The notes: generated by a model from the letters alone, not told the origin. Positions 26,814 to 36,221 are shown, counted from the first letter of the stretch. The stretch: DNA of 64,000 nt from a virus (IMGVR_UViG_3300029106_000003:1317-65316); one strand, 5' to 3'. Numbers and translations are program-made.

Positions 26814-28325
26814 TCATAAAAAGTCTTTTAGTAATTCTTCGTCACTAATAAAATCATAGTCAAGTGGATAAAATGTATTAGCAAGTGCATCCATATAGTC
26901 AGGCGAACGTTTGATACGTTTCTTGATTTCTTCTTTCGGTTCAATTATAATCCGTCCATCGCTTTGGAACTTCCAGTGTGTCTCGGTTGCTTCCTCCATG
27001 AGTTTATCACAAGGGGGAATAGCCGCCCCAAAACCGTTCTTCGGATTAAGCCAATCACGTAAAGACCAATAGCAGTAAGCTCGCATATTGGCAAATTCAT
27101 ATTGTCCGGTAAGGTCATGCAAGCCTCTTGCACTCTCGGAATACTTGCAAGAATAAACATTCCTATATCCAAGTTCTTCCAGTCGAGAATATACTCCAGC
27201 TCCTTCACCTATTGTATCGATGTACGCTTTGGATTTTTTGTCAGAAAGATATATGATGTGCATTCCTGCGACATGCATGTGATCCGCTTTTCCAGCAGAT
27301 TGGTGAACTTCAAATTTAGGGACATAGTTTCCGTATCGAGGGCAAAGTACACTTTCATCTCGACCCATACCAGCAACATCAGAACCAATCTTACATGATT
27401 TAGACGGTGTAAAACCTTCTTCTTGTAAACGATTCCAATTATCATTTGCAAGCTCTATCCATTCATACGGAATAAGTACATCTTCGGAGACTTTTGGAAA
27501 CATACCAAGTACCTTGACACGAAAAAGGTCATTAGGTCGGTATAGACCACCTTCCCACTTAAAATCACCTTCTCCTTCATTAAAATCTGCCTTCTGAATG
27601 GGAGAACACCAATTTATCACTTTATCTTTTACCCATTCATAATCTACTTGACCGGGAATGACTAATTTCCTTTTGACTACATTCTCTGCATTGAGTGAGT
27701 TTAACCGGAATTTCGCAAATCGATTGGATTTCATGGCTCGTGCGGCATAACCCGTAGTTATGTTAGGATTAAACACGATGAGTAAACGGGAATTTCCCTG
27801 TAAGTTACCTTCAATAGCATTATATGTTGCTTCTGAAATACCCGATGCTTCAGTAACGACGAACATTGTATTCACAGCGTGGAACCCAGACCATGCTTCA
27901 GTATTGTCATCACCAGCCTTAAACCCCGTTAAAAACCATTCTTCATAATCAGTCTTTATACCCGAAGACAACAATCTTCCCGGAAGAAAAACTGCATTTC
28001 TGTACAAGCGTGAGATTTCCGGGATCATAATATTCTGTACCTGCCTTGCTGTTGGTGCAGTCATGGCAATTTTTGTATTCTTGGATAATTTGCCATCTTT
28101 CCAACGTGGAGTGAGGTACATAAAACACATAGCAGCACATGCTGCAACGAAGTCCTTACCACGAGCTGTACCTGATGCAACAGCTGTCATAGGATTGTGC
28201 TGGACAGAGGATATGATAGATTGCTGCTCGCTGTCTAAACGAACCTTCAAAACATCACGGCAAAACCTATTCCAGTCTTCTATCCATGACTTTAAGTAGC
28301 GTATGTCCTTGCGTACATGGCTCAT
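26814..28325 (-). CDS. terL: Terminase large subunit
   Basis: Walker A ASGTARGKD, Walker B-like MFVVTEASG, nuclease acidic motifs GSDVAGMGRDES / IDTIGEGAG / SPDYMDAL. Confidence 0.9.
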   Translation of the reverse strand: MSHVRKDIRYLKSWIEDWNRFCRDVLKVRLDSEQQSIISSVQHNPMTAVASGTARGKDFVAACAAMCFMYLTPRWKDGKLSKNTKIAMTAPTARQVQNIMIPEISRLYRNAVFLPGRLLSSGIKTDYEEWFLTGFKAGDDNTEAWSGFHAVNTMFVVTEASGISEATYNAIEGNLQGNSRLLIVFNPNITTGYAARAMKSNRFAKFRLNSLNAENVVKRKLVIPGQVDYEWVKDKVINWCSPIQKADFNEGEGDFKWEGGLYRPNDLFRVKVLGMFPKVSEDVLIPYEWIELANDNWNRLQEEGFTPSKSCKIGSDVAGMGRDESVLCPRYGNYVPKFEVHQSAGKADHMHVAGMHIIYLSDKKSKAYIDTIGEGAGVYSRLEELGYRNVYSCKYSESARGLHDLTGQYEFANMRAYCYWSLRDWLNPKNGFGAAIPPCDKLMEEATETHWKFQSDGRIIIEPKEEIKKRIKRSPDYMDALANTFYPLDYDFISDEELLKDFL

Positions 28326-28687
28326 TCCTCATCATCAGGCAATTCTTGCATCAGTTTCTCAAATGGATTGACAGTAACCTCCTGTTCCAGCCTCTCAACA
28401 TATCCTCTCTCTCGCATTTTGGTCTTACTAAGCCAAATGAGCATTGTGTTGTCTTGTTCTGTCAAAGCCTTTGAGAACATAACAGTTTCTAATTTATCTT
28501 TGAACGCTTCTTCTACTTCCTCCCATTGCTTCCTAAACTCTTCATCTTTCTCTTTCCACTTGTATGCAATGGAACGAGATATTCCGGCTGCCTCACACGC
28601 TTTCGTAACGTTAAGCAGTCTTGCATCAAGTGCATTCAGAAAAATCTCTTTCTTTTTCTTTACAGGAATCCTAAACTTCTGTCCCAT
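28322..28687 (-). CDS. terS: Terminase small subunit (HTH type)
   Basis: 121 aa; HTH ...VTKACEAAGISRSIAYKWKE...; ATGA overlap with terL. Confidence 0.65.
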   Translation of the reverse strand: MGQKFRIPVKKKKEIFLNALDARLLNVTKACEAAGISRSIAYKWKEKDEEFRKQWEEVEEAFKDKLETVMFSKALTEQDNTMLIWLSKTKMRERGYVERLEQEVTVNPFEKLMQELPDDEE

Positions 28688-29375
28688 CTTTATTTACCTC
28701 CAATACGTTATTTACTATTTCCAACATCTTACAAATGCTTAATGCCTGAGCCTTGATTTTATATTTCGCTTGGACTTTTGCACTGATTTCATTTAAATGG
28801 TGCATGGTTTCCATATCTACAAGAGTAAGATTTCCCAACTCTTTTTCCGAATAACACTCTAGCGTTTCCATGAGTTTGTCGAATGATGCTTTCTGCGTGT
28901 CTATGAACATCAGCGTTACAGGAACAATTTCGTTATTCGGCATTTCTACTGTGTAATTAATATCCTTTACACTTTCCAATACTTCGTTACTGATGTGTGC
29001 GTATTCTTTTAAGGCAACATCAGTTATTTCATCAAGTAGCTGTTTTAATACCTCCGCATCGTCTTGACCAACAATACTGTTGTGACTGAGTTGTGTCGCT
29101 AATAGCCAATCGTTGGAAGTGTTATTCTCATCAATATACATTACGTGAATAGAAGTAAGACCTGCCATCTTTGCTGCCTGTGTTCTATGATTACCACTGA
29201 CAACTGTATATGTACCATCATTATGCTTTACACAAAATGGAACAGATGAAAGCTGCCCATCTCTACGGATATTATTAACAAGTGCATTAAATGTGTCATT
29301 GCTCATAAAATGAGCATTCTTCTTGACAAATTTAATGTCAGAGAGTTGAACTTCCTCAATTTTAAATTTTTTCAT
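28671..29375 (-). CDS. ParB N-terminal (ParB/Srx nuclease-like) domain protein
   Basis: ...YTVVSGNHRTQAAKMAGL... ParB-box; ATG 29375 one nt after the upstream stop. Confidence 0.75.
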   Translation of the reverse strand: MKKFKIEEVQLSDIKFVKKNAHFMSNDTFNALVNNIRRDGQLSSVPFCVKHNDGTYTVVSGNHRTQAAKMAGLTSIHVMYIDENNTSNDWLLATQLSHNSIVGQDDAEVLKQLLDEITDVALKEYAHISNEVLESVKDINYTVEMPNNEIVPVTLMFIDTQKASFDKLMETLECYSEKELGNLTLVDMETMHHLNEISAKVQAKYKIKAQALSICKMLEIVNNVLEVNKDGTEV

Positions 29376-29376
29376 A

Positions 29377-31464
29377 TTACTCCTTTCTAGGTTCGTTACC
29401 ATATTTCTGTACAAATGCTTTTAAAATCTCATCTAAATTTCCACGAATACCTGAATCTTGAATATAGTGAAGTTTACCAACGCATCTTTCATGTAACTTG
29501 AATACTCCCCGATACTTCATACTTACGGGCTTATCAGTAAACACAGAAGTGGCAATTATACCACATTCATGCTTGTATCTTATATTCAATTCCTCTTTAA
29601 ATTCAGTTGAAAGCACACCTGTAATAAGTAATCTGCTTAGCTTTGGTATAGTATGGTCTATCACAAAATCTGACTTCATCCAAACTGCATCCATGCCGTA
29701 TTTGCTGACTTTTAAGAAATCAAACATACAAGCTCCAAATACGTAATTATCTAAGAACCATAAATAGCAGAATGGAGCCGAGCCTAATACTATACCTTTC
29801 TTCAAATATATCATACGTAGATAATCTATCTCTGACATAGAAGCACGCATAAAACGAAATTTGCTATTTTCAGAAATGGAATAATCATCTGGTAAACGTT
29901 TGTACTTTAATGGAGTAATAGCACGTTTATTAAAACTGCTATCACCAGTACTACTTACATTGGAATAAATATAAGTTCTCTGGTCTTTGAATACCTCTCT
30001 GCGTCCCATGAAACCATGTTGCGACAATGCCATGTAATTCACCTGCTCTTCATCTATCTCAGAATATTTTGTACGGATTCTTTCTTGCCAACCGAAATCA
30101 TTCAACAAGAAGCGTTGTAAAGCATTGCTTGTAGCTTTCATACCGGAATGAAACTCATTCTGATAAATCAAAATATCATTTTCATTGCAATTAAGTATAG
30201 CATCCGAAATATCAGCACAATACAGAACTTCAATGTTCTTTGATTTCAGATTATCAACGAGTTTCTGATAACGTTCTGTGTATTTCTTCTTGTAGTAATC
30301 TAAACGGGACACGAAGTCATCATATAGTGACTTATGGTAAATATCCTGTGAGTTCTTATGCTTTTTTATGGCATTGAAAAGATGAATAACAGCTACCATT
30401 TCGGAAGGATTGTCCGACTGTAAATCCATGAAACTATACTCGTCGTTGAAACGTAGCTCTTTTATCTCTCCCTTAATAGCTTTATACATAAGATAGATAA
30501 AATACTCTTTCGTATATACCTTTATCTCACGGTTAGTAAGCACTTGTTCTATATCCATGTAGTATGAGTTTACCACATGGGCGACATCAAATCTTGAAGC
30601 CTCTTTTTTGATGAAAGAAAGCATCCGGTTTGACTTCTTGAACATAGAGCCTACTACCGTAACATTATCCGAGTGTTCTGCCGCCCAAAGTAGCGGTTTA
30701 TGTCTTTGGGGAACTTTGGAATAGTCAATATGAAACACCTCAAGACACTTATCAATTGTGGAGAGTTGCTTATACTCTTCTATATTTTCATGCAGGTAGG
30801 CATACTCTACAAATGAATACATGAATTTGATTGTCTCCAATACTTTATCAAAGTTCCATGAACTGTTGAAGATTCTGAACTCTGCCGTGCCAATCTTGGC
30901 AATGGAACATAAATTGAGCCAATACCTGATATGTCCCCTGTCTGAACCATTGTTGAATACTTTTAGTAGGTTGTCGATATTATCAGCTTCTAGCACACGT
31001 TTCACCACATCATATGGAGGGCTTGGCACGAGGTATTTTGTTTCCCACCACTCGGCTATATCGAATATCCGCTTGATTGGATATGCTGTATAGTAGGAAA
31101 GGACAAACATACGCTTGATAACATTCAAATCCATATCTTTGATATACAGATGTGCGTCAAAGCCTTCATTCCACATGAGGTAACTTCCTGCATCTTTCAT
31201 TGTTTTGATGAAGCCTTTCAACTCCTGTAAGTCTTCCACACAATAATGGTATGGACGAGTGTTTATCTCGCCACCAAATTGACCGTGGTGTGTGACAGCC
31301 GAACCGTCCGAGTTATTCATCATGGTTAGCTTGTTGTCCGTCCATTTATAACCGACTGGAAGGGAAATGCATTGTTTGTCTCCATCGGCAAACTCCAATT
31401 CCATGCCAAACGTGCGGTTGGCAATGTAATCAATCCACGGCTTATCTATATTCATGTTCTGCAT
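29377..31464 (-). CDS. Large protein with an N-terminal amidoligase (Amidoligase_2, glutamine-synthetase-like) domain and ~450 aa of unknown function
   Basis: FGMELEF, GGEINTRP and GTAEFRIF motifs in the first ~230 aa; remainder unrecognised. Confidence 0.55.
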   Translation of the reverse strand: MQNMNIDKPWIDYIANRTFGMELEFADGDKQCISLPVGYKWTDNKLTMMNNSDGSAVTHHGQFGGEINTRPYHYCVEDLQELKGFIKTMKDAGSYLMWNEGFDAHLYIKDMDLNVIKRMFVLSYYTAYPIKRIFDIAEWWETKYLVPSPPYDVVKRVLEADNIDNLLKVFNNGSDRGHIRYWLNLCSIAKIGTAEFRIFNSSWNFDKVLETIKFMYSFVEYAYLHENIEEYKQLSTIDKCLEVFHIDYSKVPQRHKPLLWAAEHSDNVTVVGSMFKKSNRMLSFIKKEASRFDVAHVVNSYYMDIEQVLTNREIKVYTKEYFIYLMYKAIKGEIKELRFNDEYSFMDLQSDNPSEMVAVIHLFNAIKKHKNSQDIYHKSLYDDFVSRLDYYKKKYTERYQKLVDNLKSKNIEVLYCADISDAILNCNENDILIYQNEFHSGMKATSNALQRFLLNDFGWQERIRTKYSEIDEEQVNYMALSQHGFMGRREVFKDQRTYIYSNVSSTGDSSFNKRAITPLKYKRLPDDYSISENSKFRFMRASMSEIDYLRMIYLKKGIVLGSAPFCYLWFLDNYVFGACMFDFLKVSKYGMDAVWMKSDFVIDHTIPKLSRLLITGVLSTEFKEELNIRYKHECGIIATSVFTDKPVSMKYRGVFKLHERCVGKLHYIQDSGIRGNLDEILKAFVQKYGNEPRKE

Positions 31465-32308
31465 ACCTCAACTTAACTAAGGATTTATAATTGGGAATGA
31501 ATGTAACAATGTCTCCGATACAATAATCAGAACTGTCACCGTATACTTTCATTATCGTGTATTCGCTTGAGCTGTTAGAAAAGTCCAAATGGTTATCAAG
31601 GCAACGACATTCCCCCATATCAGCCATTGAATAACCGCAATCAAGTAGTATTTGATTCCGCTCAGGGTAAATGCCGATAACTTCTGTATGCAACTCGATA
31701 CCATTTAACCCTAACTTTTCATCATCGCTGTTATATGGGATTGTGCCAAATAGCATATATTCTCCAATGCGCACGTCGCTTATGAATTTAGGTAGATCTT
31801 CATTCTGTCCTAACCAAAAACTACCACCTAAACTGATAGATTCAATGTAACTATTCAGCTTAGACCATATTTCACACAATCGTTGCATATTCGGCCTGTT
31901 TCCATTTAGGCAACCGGAAGTAATCATACCATAAGCGTGAGAATTATCATCGCATTTACGAACCGTATTAGCAATCTGTCTTGCTTCAAATAGGCTTACT
32001 CCCTCTCTGTTGTCGAAAGCATTGATGGGAATATATATTTTTTTAATACCCTTATTTACTACACAATCCATTGCTTCATACGCAGTAACAGTTACTGTCC
32101 CTTTCTGATTATGAATTGCTTTTCCAATAGAGTAGCACACGCTATCTTCAAAGTGAAGCGAGAAAATGTCATTATCAACCCTATAATGGATATGTCTCCA
32201 AATATCCTCATAGAAGTCTTTGAACATGAGAGAGACAGGGACATTCACAAGCGTTTCCGCTTTCTTGATGTTCTTTATAACATTATCAGTATATATGATT
32301 ACTTTCAT
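31442..32308 (-). CDS. YhfX-like predicted amino-acid racemase (fold-type III PLP barrel)
   Basis: SLMFKDF (candidate PLP Lys), ITSGCLNG, SLGGSFW, RIGEYMLFGTIPY; start taken at the ATGA overlap (32308), alternative 32317. Confidence 0.55.
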   Translation of the reverse strand: MKVIIYTDNVIKNIKKAETLVNVPVSLMFKDFYEDIWRHIHYRVDNDIFSLHFEDSVCYSIGKAIHNQKGTVTVTAYEAMDCVVNKGIKKIYIPINAFDNREGVSLFEARQIANTVRKCDDNSHAYGMITSGCLNGNRPNMQRLCEIWSKLNSYIESISLGGSFWLGQNEDLPKFISDVRIGEYMLFGTIPYNSDDEKLGLNGIELHTEVIGIYPERNQILLDCGYSMADMGECRCLDNHLDFSNSSSEYTIMKVYGDSSDYCIGDIVTFIPNYKSLVKLRYAEHEYR

Positions 32309-33204
32309 AGCTCCCATTTTAAAATGATACGTTCAGCTCCTTTGTATTTCGTATCTCGTTTGAATGAGAACCCGACATTGGTGAAACTTTTTATGCTTGC
32401 TTCATTTTTAGGAGAGGTCATTGCAAATATCTCTTGTGCACCATTAGAAACCAATTTTGCGATATTCGCATTGAGAAGGAGGTACTGGAATCCATTTCCT
32501 CTGTAACCAGAACAGACAAAACATTTGTCGACGTATGCCGTACCGTATTCCGTAAAATAAGCAAGCGAGTAGGCTACAAGAGAACCGTCTAGCAATAAGC
32601 CATAACTGCAACCGGATTGCAAACATTTAGTTATATCCTGTGGTTCTGATGCAAAGCAGGTTTCAGGATTCGAGAGCATGGTTTGTTCCATTGCTTCAAT
32701 TTCAGAAATGTCAGACATGGACAGCGTTTTGATTTCCATCTTACACTCAATGCTTCCTATATCAGTGGGAAACAAAGGATCATATCTGTCTATCCATGCT
32801 TTAGATAGGAATACATCAATATCTGTTTGAGGTAGTAATTTTCTTCTGTAATTTTCAAAAATACCTAATACAAACTCTTTATGCTTAGTTAGTTGTTCAT
32901 TCTTCAAAGGGCACTTACCACTACGAAAAACAAAGCCTTTATTCACTGATTTTATCCACAATGGATAGGTACGACACATGATAGGTTTATAGCCGTTATC
33001 ACATGATTTGCAGTTTTTAGCGATACATTTTACCTTTTTACCGCCAAAATAATCATTATCTATAATTTGTAAATGGGATATTTCCTGTTCGTGTCCAGCA
33101 AATTCATGGGGTAGAATAACAATATGTCCGTCCGATCCGAACGAACAACATTTCCAACCGCAACCGGAGTTTTCGCATGCTCTTATTAGTCCTTTATCGT
33201 ACAT
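32305..33204 (-). CDS. YkgJ-type Cys-cluster domain fused to a GNAT acyltransferase
   Basis: CENSGCGWKCC and CIAKNCKSC...C clusters at the N-terminus; C-terminal GNAT motif A (CSGYRGNGFQYLLL). Confidence 0.6.
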   Translation of the reverse strand: MYDKGLIRACENSGCGWKCCSFGSDGHIVILPHEFAGHEQEISHLQIIDNDYFGGKKVKCIAKNCKSCDNGYKPIMCRTYPLWIKSVNKGFVFRSGKCPLKNEQLTKHKEFVLGIFENYRRKLLPQTDIDVFLSKAWIDRYDPLFPTDIGSIECKMEIKTLSMSDISEIEAMEQTMLSNPETCFASEPQDITKCLQSGCSYGLLLDGSLVAYSLAYFTEYGTAYVDKCFVCSGYRGNGFQYLLLNANIAKLVSNGAQEIFAMTSPKNEASIKSFTNVGFSFKRDTKYKGAERIILKWEL

Positions 33205-33238
33205 ATTCTTGGGTTGTATATAACTTCATATACATTTT

Positions 33239-33279
33239 GTGTTAAATCTGCCGAGCGTATTCCCGGCAGACTTAAACAC
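33239..33279 (-). promoter_or_regulatory. Long imperfect hairpin in the leader between the tRNAs and the enzyme cassette
   Basis: 7+4+3 bp stem (GTGTTAAATCTGCCG / CGGCAGACTTAAACAC) with a 10-nt loop, 35 nt upstream of ATG 33204. Confidence 0.4.
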
Positions 33280-33426
33280 AAATTCAATCATTCTTCAAGC
33301 TACTTACAAGAACACTTATGCAATTCTTCGGCTTCTTTCAGTCGTGTCAGATAGCAATTTCTATCACCCCGTAAACTGCACAAGCTTTAATGTTCTTGCT
33401 TTTGCTTATCGCTACTATAAGGGTTG

Positions 33427-33496
33427 AGCGGAAACAGGGAATCGAACCCCACTCTTTGGTTGGAATGCCAACGCTCTGCCGATGAGCTATTTCCGC
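33427..33496 (-). tRNA. tRNA-like gene with glycine identity set and an apparent 8-nt anticodon loop (CAUUCCAA)
   Basis: Acceptor GCGGAAA/TTTCCGC, D arm GCTC-ATCGGCA-GAGC, T arm TGGGG-TTCGATT-CCCTG, discriminator T. The anticodon arm pairs only as TTGG/CCAA around CATTCCAA. Confidence 0.6.
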
Positions 33497-33574
33497 AATA
33501 TGGGCAGCCTGCAAACCGTTTATCAGAATTTCCACTGCCCTTCCTTGTACTTCGGTCGTTATTTCTTATCTCTG

Positions 33575-33647
33575 AGGTTGAAGTGGGATTCAAACCCACG
33601 AATAACGGTTTTGCAGACCGTTGCGTTAATCACTTCGCCATTCAACC
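33575..33647 (-). tRNA. tRNA-Cys(GCA)
   Basis: Acceptor GGTTGAA/TTCAACC, anticodon arm ACGGT-CTGCAAA-ACCGT, T arm GTGGG-TTTGAAT-CCCAC, discriminator U73. Confidence 0.85.
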
Positions 33648-33727
33648 AAACCAATGCTGTCAAACCACCGCTTGCTTGGCAAATCTGACAGCATCCCATC
33701 AAACGCTATTGATGGTTGGCATTATTT

Positions 33728-34132
33728 TCAAAACAAACTCGCTTGTTCATAATTGGGCTCTTTCTTCTCAACAACTCCAAATTCTGTGATTTCAATACCA
33801 GTATTTTCTGTGATCCATTTTGCCAAAATATGGCGATGGCAGAAATCACCCGGTTTTTCGTAGCAACAAAGAGCAACGTCTTTTCCTCCGCTTAACATTT
33901 CAATTTGTTTCACGACTTGGTTCGCATCTTGGCTTGCCAATATTCTGTCGTAAAGTTTTAGGTATTCATCGTGGGAACAAGGTCCACTTACCATATAACG
34001 AGTCGGGCAAACATTCAGCATTTGTGGAATACCAGCTATAAATCTGGGTTTTCCGATTGCTACGCAAATCATATTAACTTCCGCCTCTTTCAGTTTTCGG
34101 ATATTACCGAAATACGATGTAAAAATCTTCAT
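33728..34132 (-). CDS. DUF488 family protein
   Basis: MKIFTSYFGN... and ...VALCCYEKPGDFCHRHILAKWI signature; ATG 34132. Confidence 0.7.
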   Translation of the reverse strand: MKIFTSYFGNIRKLKEAEVNMICVAIGKPRFIAGIPQMLNVCPTRYMVSGPCSHDEYLKLYDRILASQDANQVVKQIEMLSGGKDVALCCYEKPGDFCHRHILAKWITENTGIEITEFGVVEKKEPNYEQASLF

Positions 34133-34153
34133 TTTTTTGTTCTTTTTACGGTG

Positions 34154-34190
34154 TAAATATATAAAAAGTATATGAAATTCATGCACTTTT
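34154..34190 (-). promoter_or_regulatory. Late-type promoter P4 (DUF488-tRNA-enzyme cassette-terminase block)
   Basis: Minus strand AAAAGTGCATGAATTTCATATACTTTT, 2 nt, then TATATTTA. Confidence 0.55.
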
Positions 34191-34209
34191 AGTGCTAAAA
34201 TTGTCTAAA

Positions 34210-34461
34210 CTACCACGTTTTTATTATTTCTATGACTTTTTCATATTCTCCAGCGTGTAACAATGACGCTTCGGTATGGAAATTTATATCAGTTAATCGA
34301 TATTCTATAAGTAAACAGGTATATTCATCACCAATTTTGCGATGGTTTTGATGTTTCTTGGCAAGTGATTCCAATTCTTTGCAAGATAGACAGTAGTGAT
34401 TCTTGCGATTAAGATTCCGCATCTTATTAACATCTTCTTCTTTCAAATCTTCGTATGTCAT
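34210..34461 (-). CDS. Hypothetical early protein
   Basis: ORF track; ATG verified. Confidence 0.55.
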   Translation of the reverse strand: MTYEDLKEEDVNKMRNLNRKNHYCLSCKELESLAKKHQNHRKIGDEYTCLLIEYRLTDINFHTEASLLHAGEYEKVIEIIKTW

Positions 34462-34464
34462 GGC

Positions 34465-34614
34465 TTAATCCTCCTCAAATTCGTCTTCATATACAAAAAT
34501 ATGTTTACCACTTCCACAAATCTCGACTTCCCATTTATGTATGTTCGGCCAATATTCGATTAGAATTATGTTTCTATAGCCTTTATATGGCTCTTTCAAT
34601 GTTGCTGTTCTCAT
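34465..34614 (-). CDS. Small hypothetical protein (49 aa)
   Basis: Below the ORF-track cutoff; ATG 34614, stop 34465, 3 nt before the next ATG; MRTATLKEPYKGYRNIILIEYW... Confidence 0.4.
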   Translation of the reverse strand: MRTATLKEPYKGYRNIILIEYWPNIHKWEVEICGSGKHIFVYEDEFEED

Positions 34615-34698
34615 TGCTCATGATTTATGTGATTTGATACTCGTTTCTTTTAGCTTAGCGAAATAATCAATCCGATCTTTGTCTTCATATCGCAATCG

Positions 34699-34947
34699 CT
34701 AGGAACATCTTTCTATGCTGTCTCTCTGTTTTTTACTAAGCATATCTGCATGTTTAGCCCATTCGATTGAACCGGCAGGAAGAAACTCAAACTTAGGGAA
34801 AAATTTTGTTTCATATGAAAACCTCACTATTCTAGCATATTCCCTCAAATCGTTTGTTTCTGGGTCTGTGGAATTAGGGGTCTCTATTGATTCACATACA
34901 ATTACCATACAGGGCTGGTATAGAAACACAATTTTATTTGCTTTCAT
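34699..34947 (-). CDS. Hypothetical early protein
   Basis: ORF 34699-35043 trimmed to ATG 34947, downstream of the previous stop. Confidence 0.5.
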   Translation of the reverse strand: MKANKIVFLYQPCMVIVCESIETPNSTDPETNDLREYARIVRFSYETKFFPKFEFLPAGSIEWAKHADMLSKKQRDSIERCS

Positions 34948-34958
34948 TGCTTTTAATG

Positions 34959-35387
34959 CTAAAAATGTGGATCTATATAGTGATTTTGATAATGCAACAT
35001 AAGCAGAACTCCATCTTTGTAATGCTGCCCTTCTGCTACCCAATATCCATTCCTTCTTTTGGTGAACACTTTTGGTGCTCCTTCCAATTTTGGTAGGACT
35101 TCATATTCGCTGGCATAATAGTCTATACATTTGGTTTGATTGAAAGTAACTTCAATCTTGCATGGAGAAATAATTTTAGTAACTGTTGCCGCTCGTTTAT
35201 CCGAGTAATAGCAGACCGTACAGCCAAGTCCAACTTCGGGTACGAGATTTTTGATTGCGTCCAACTTCGCTTTTTCCTTTTGCTCTTGCCAATCTGAGAA
35301 TTTTATACCGCCGGGATATTTGCGACTTTCTATTTCGTGTAGAATAGCAAAACTCCCCTTGCTTGTTAATTTCTTTGATATTTCCAT
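34959..35387 (-). CDS. Hypothetical early protein
   Basis: ORF track. Confidence 0.6.
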   Translation of the reverse strand: MEISKKLTSKGSFAILHEIESRKYPGGIKFSDWQEQKEKAKLDAIKNLVPEVGLGCTVCYYSDKRAATVTKIISPCKIEVTFNQTKCIDYYASEYEVLPKLEGAPKVFTKRRNGYWVAEGQHYKDGVLLMLHYQNHYIDPHF

Positions 35388-35398
35388 TGCTCTGTATT

Positions 35399-35683
35399 TT
35401 ATCCGTTATACGTTGATGTTATTTCTTCTGCACGGAGTTCTTTTCTTAACTCACCGTTCCTATATATTCTCACGGCTACTATTCTAACTGTATCGGATAG
35501 GAAACGCCCGCAGTCATTAGCTAGCTTAACTTGTAATTGAATAGCTTTTGCTAAATTTTTAGTACGCTTTCTTATGGTTTTCTTGAATCCGAAAACATAA
35601 TCTTCGGTATCGATTTCGAACTGGTAGGTGTCAGAGTGTAGTATCTGACTCAATTCAGCTGTCATTTGTTGTATTCTATTCAT
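35399..35683 (-). CDS. Hypothetical early protein
   Basis: ORF track. Confidence 0.55.
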   Translation of the reverse strand: MNRIQQMTAELSQILHSDTYQFEIDTEDYVFGFKKTIRKRTKNLAKAIQLQVKLANDCGRFLSDTVRIVAVRIYRNGELRKELRAEEITSTYNG

Positions 35684-35773
35684 TGCTCTTATTGTTTAAG
35701 TGGTTATTTTGGATATATAAAGATACAAATAATATATTGAATATCAGTAGTTTGTGTTTAAAATATTGCTTAC

Positions 35774-35998
35774 TTAAACTTTGTTTAACTTTTTGTCTCT
35801 CAGCGACTTTTGGTCAAGTATCTGTGCAAACAAACCAGTTGCAAACACTATTTCACGTCCATACTTATCCTTGCATCGAATGTATATATCTGCATCTTTA
35901 CCAGACATATAAAGCTCATACAGATTATTGTATGGACGAATGCAATCACGGAACATTTCCGATGCTGTCTTTGGCTTACGATAACCACCTCTGCCCAT
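35774..35998 (-). CDS. Hypothetical early protein
   Basis: The track ORF begins with TTG at 36007; first ATG is at 35998. Confidence 0.5.
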   Translation of the reverse strand: MGRGGYRKPKTASEMFRDCIRPYNNLYELYMSGKDADIYIRCKDKYGREIVFATGLFAQILDQKSLRDKKLNKV

Positions 35999-36221
35999 AC
36001 TTTTCAAATAATAATGATTTACTTTTCTCTATCTCCTTGTCTGTGTCGATTCCGAGTTGTTGATAGAAAACAGAATTACCGGATAGGCATTCATGTGCTA
36101 TCTTCAATGTTCTACGTTCTTCTTTGGAGAAACCAACTCGAAAAGTAGAGAATATAGCTAATGCTTCTTTCAAATAGCCGGAGTGGAGTAGGGATATAGC
36201 TTTACTTGTTTTGGTTTCCAT
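35976..36221 (-). CDS. Hypothetical early protein
   Basis: ORF 35976-36251, ATG METKTSK at 36221. Confidence 0.5.
   Translation of the reverse strand: METKTSKAISLLHSGYLKEALAIFSTFRVGFSKEERRTLKIAHECLSGNSVFYQQLGIDTDKEIEKSKSLLFEKYGQRWLS

Noticed and set aside
33347-33789. ORFs 33347-33535, 33387-33599, 33424-33789 and 33482-33688
   Set aside because: They overlap the two tRNA genes and the intervening spacer on both strands, so they are artefacts of the stop-free tRNA region.
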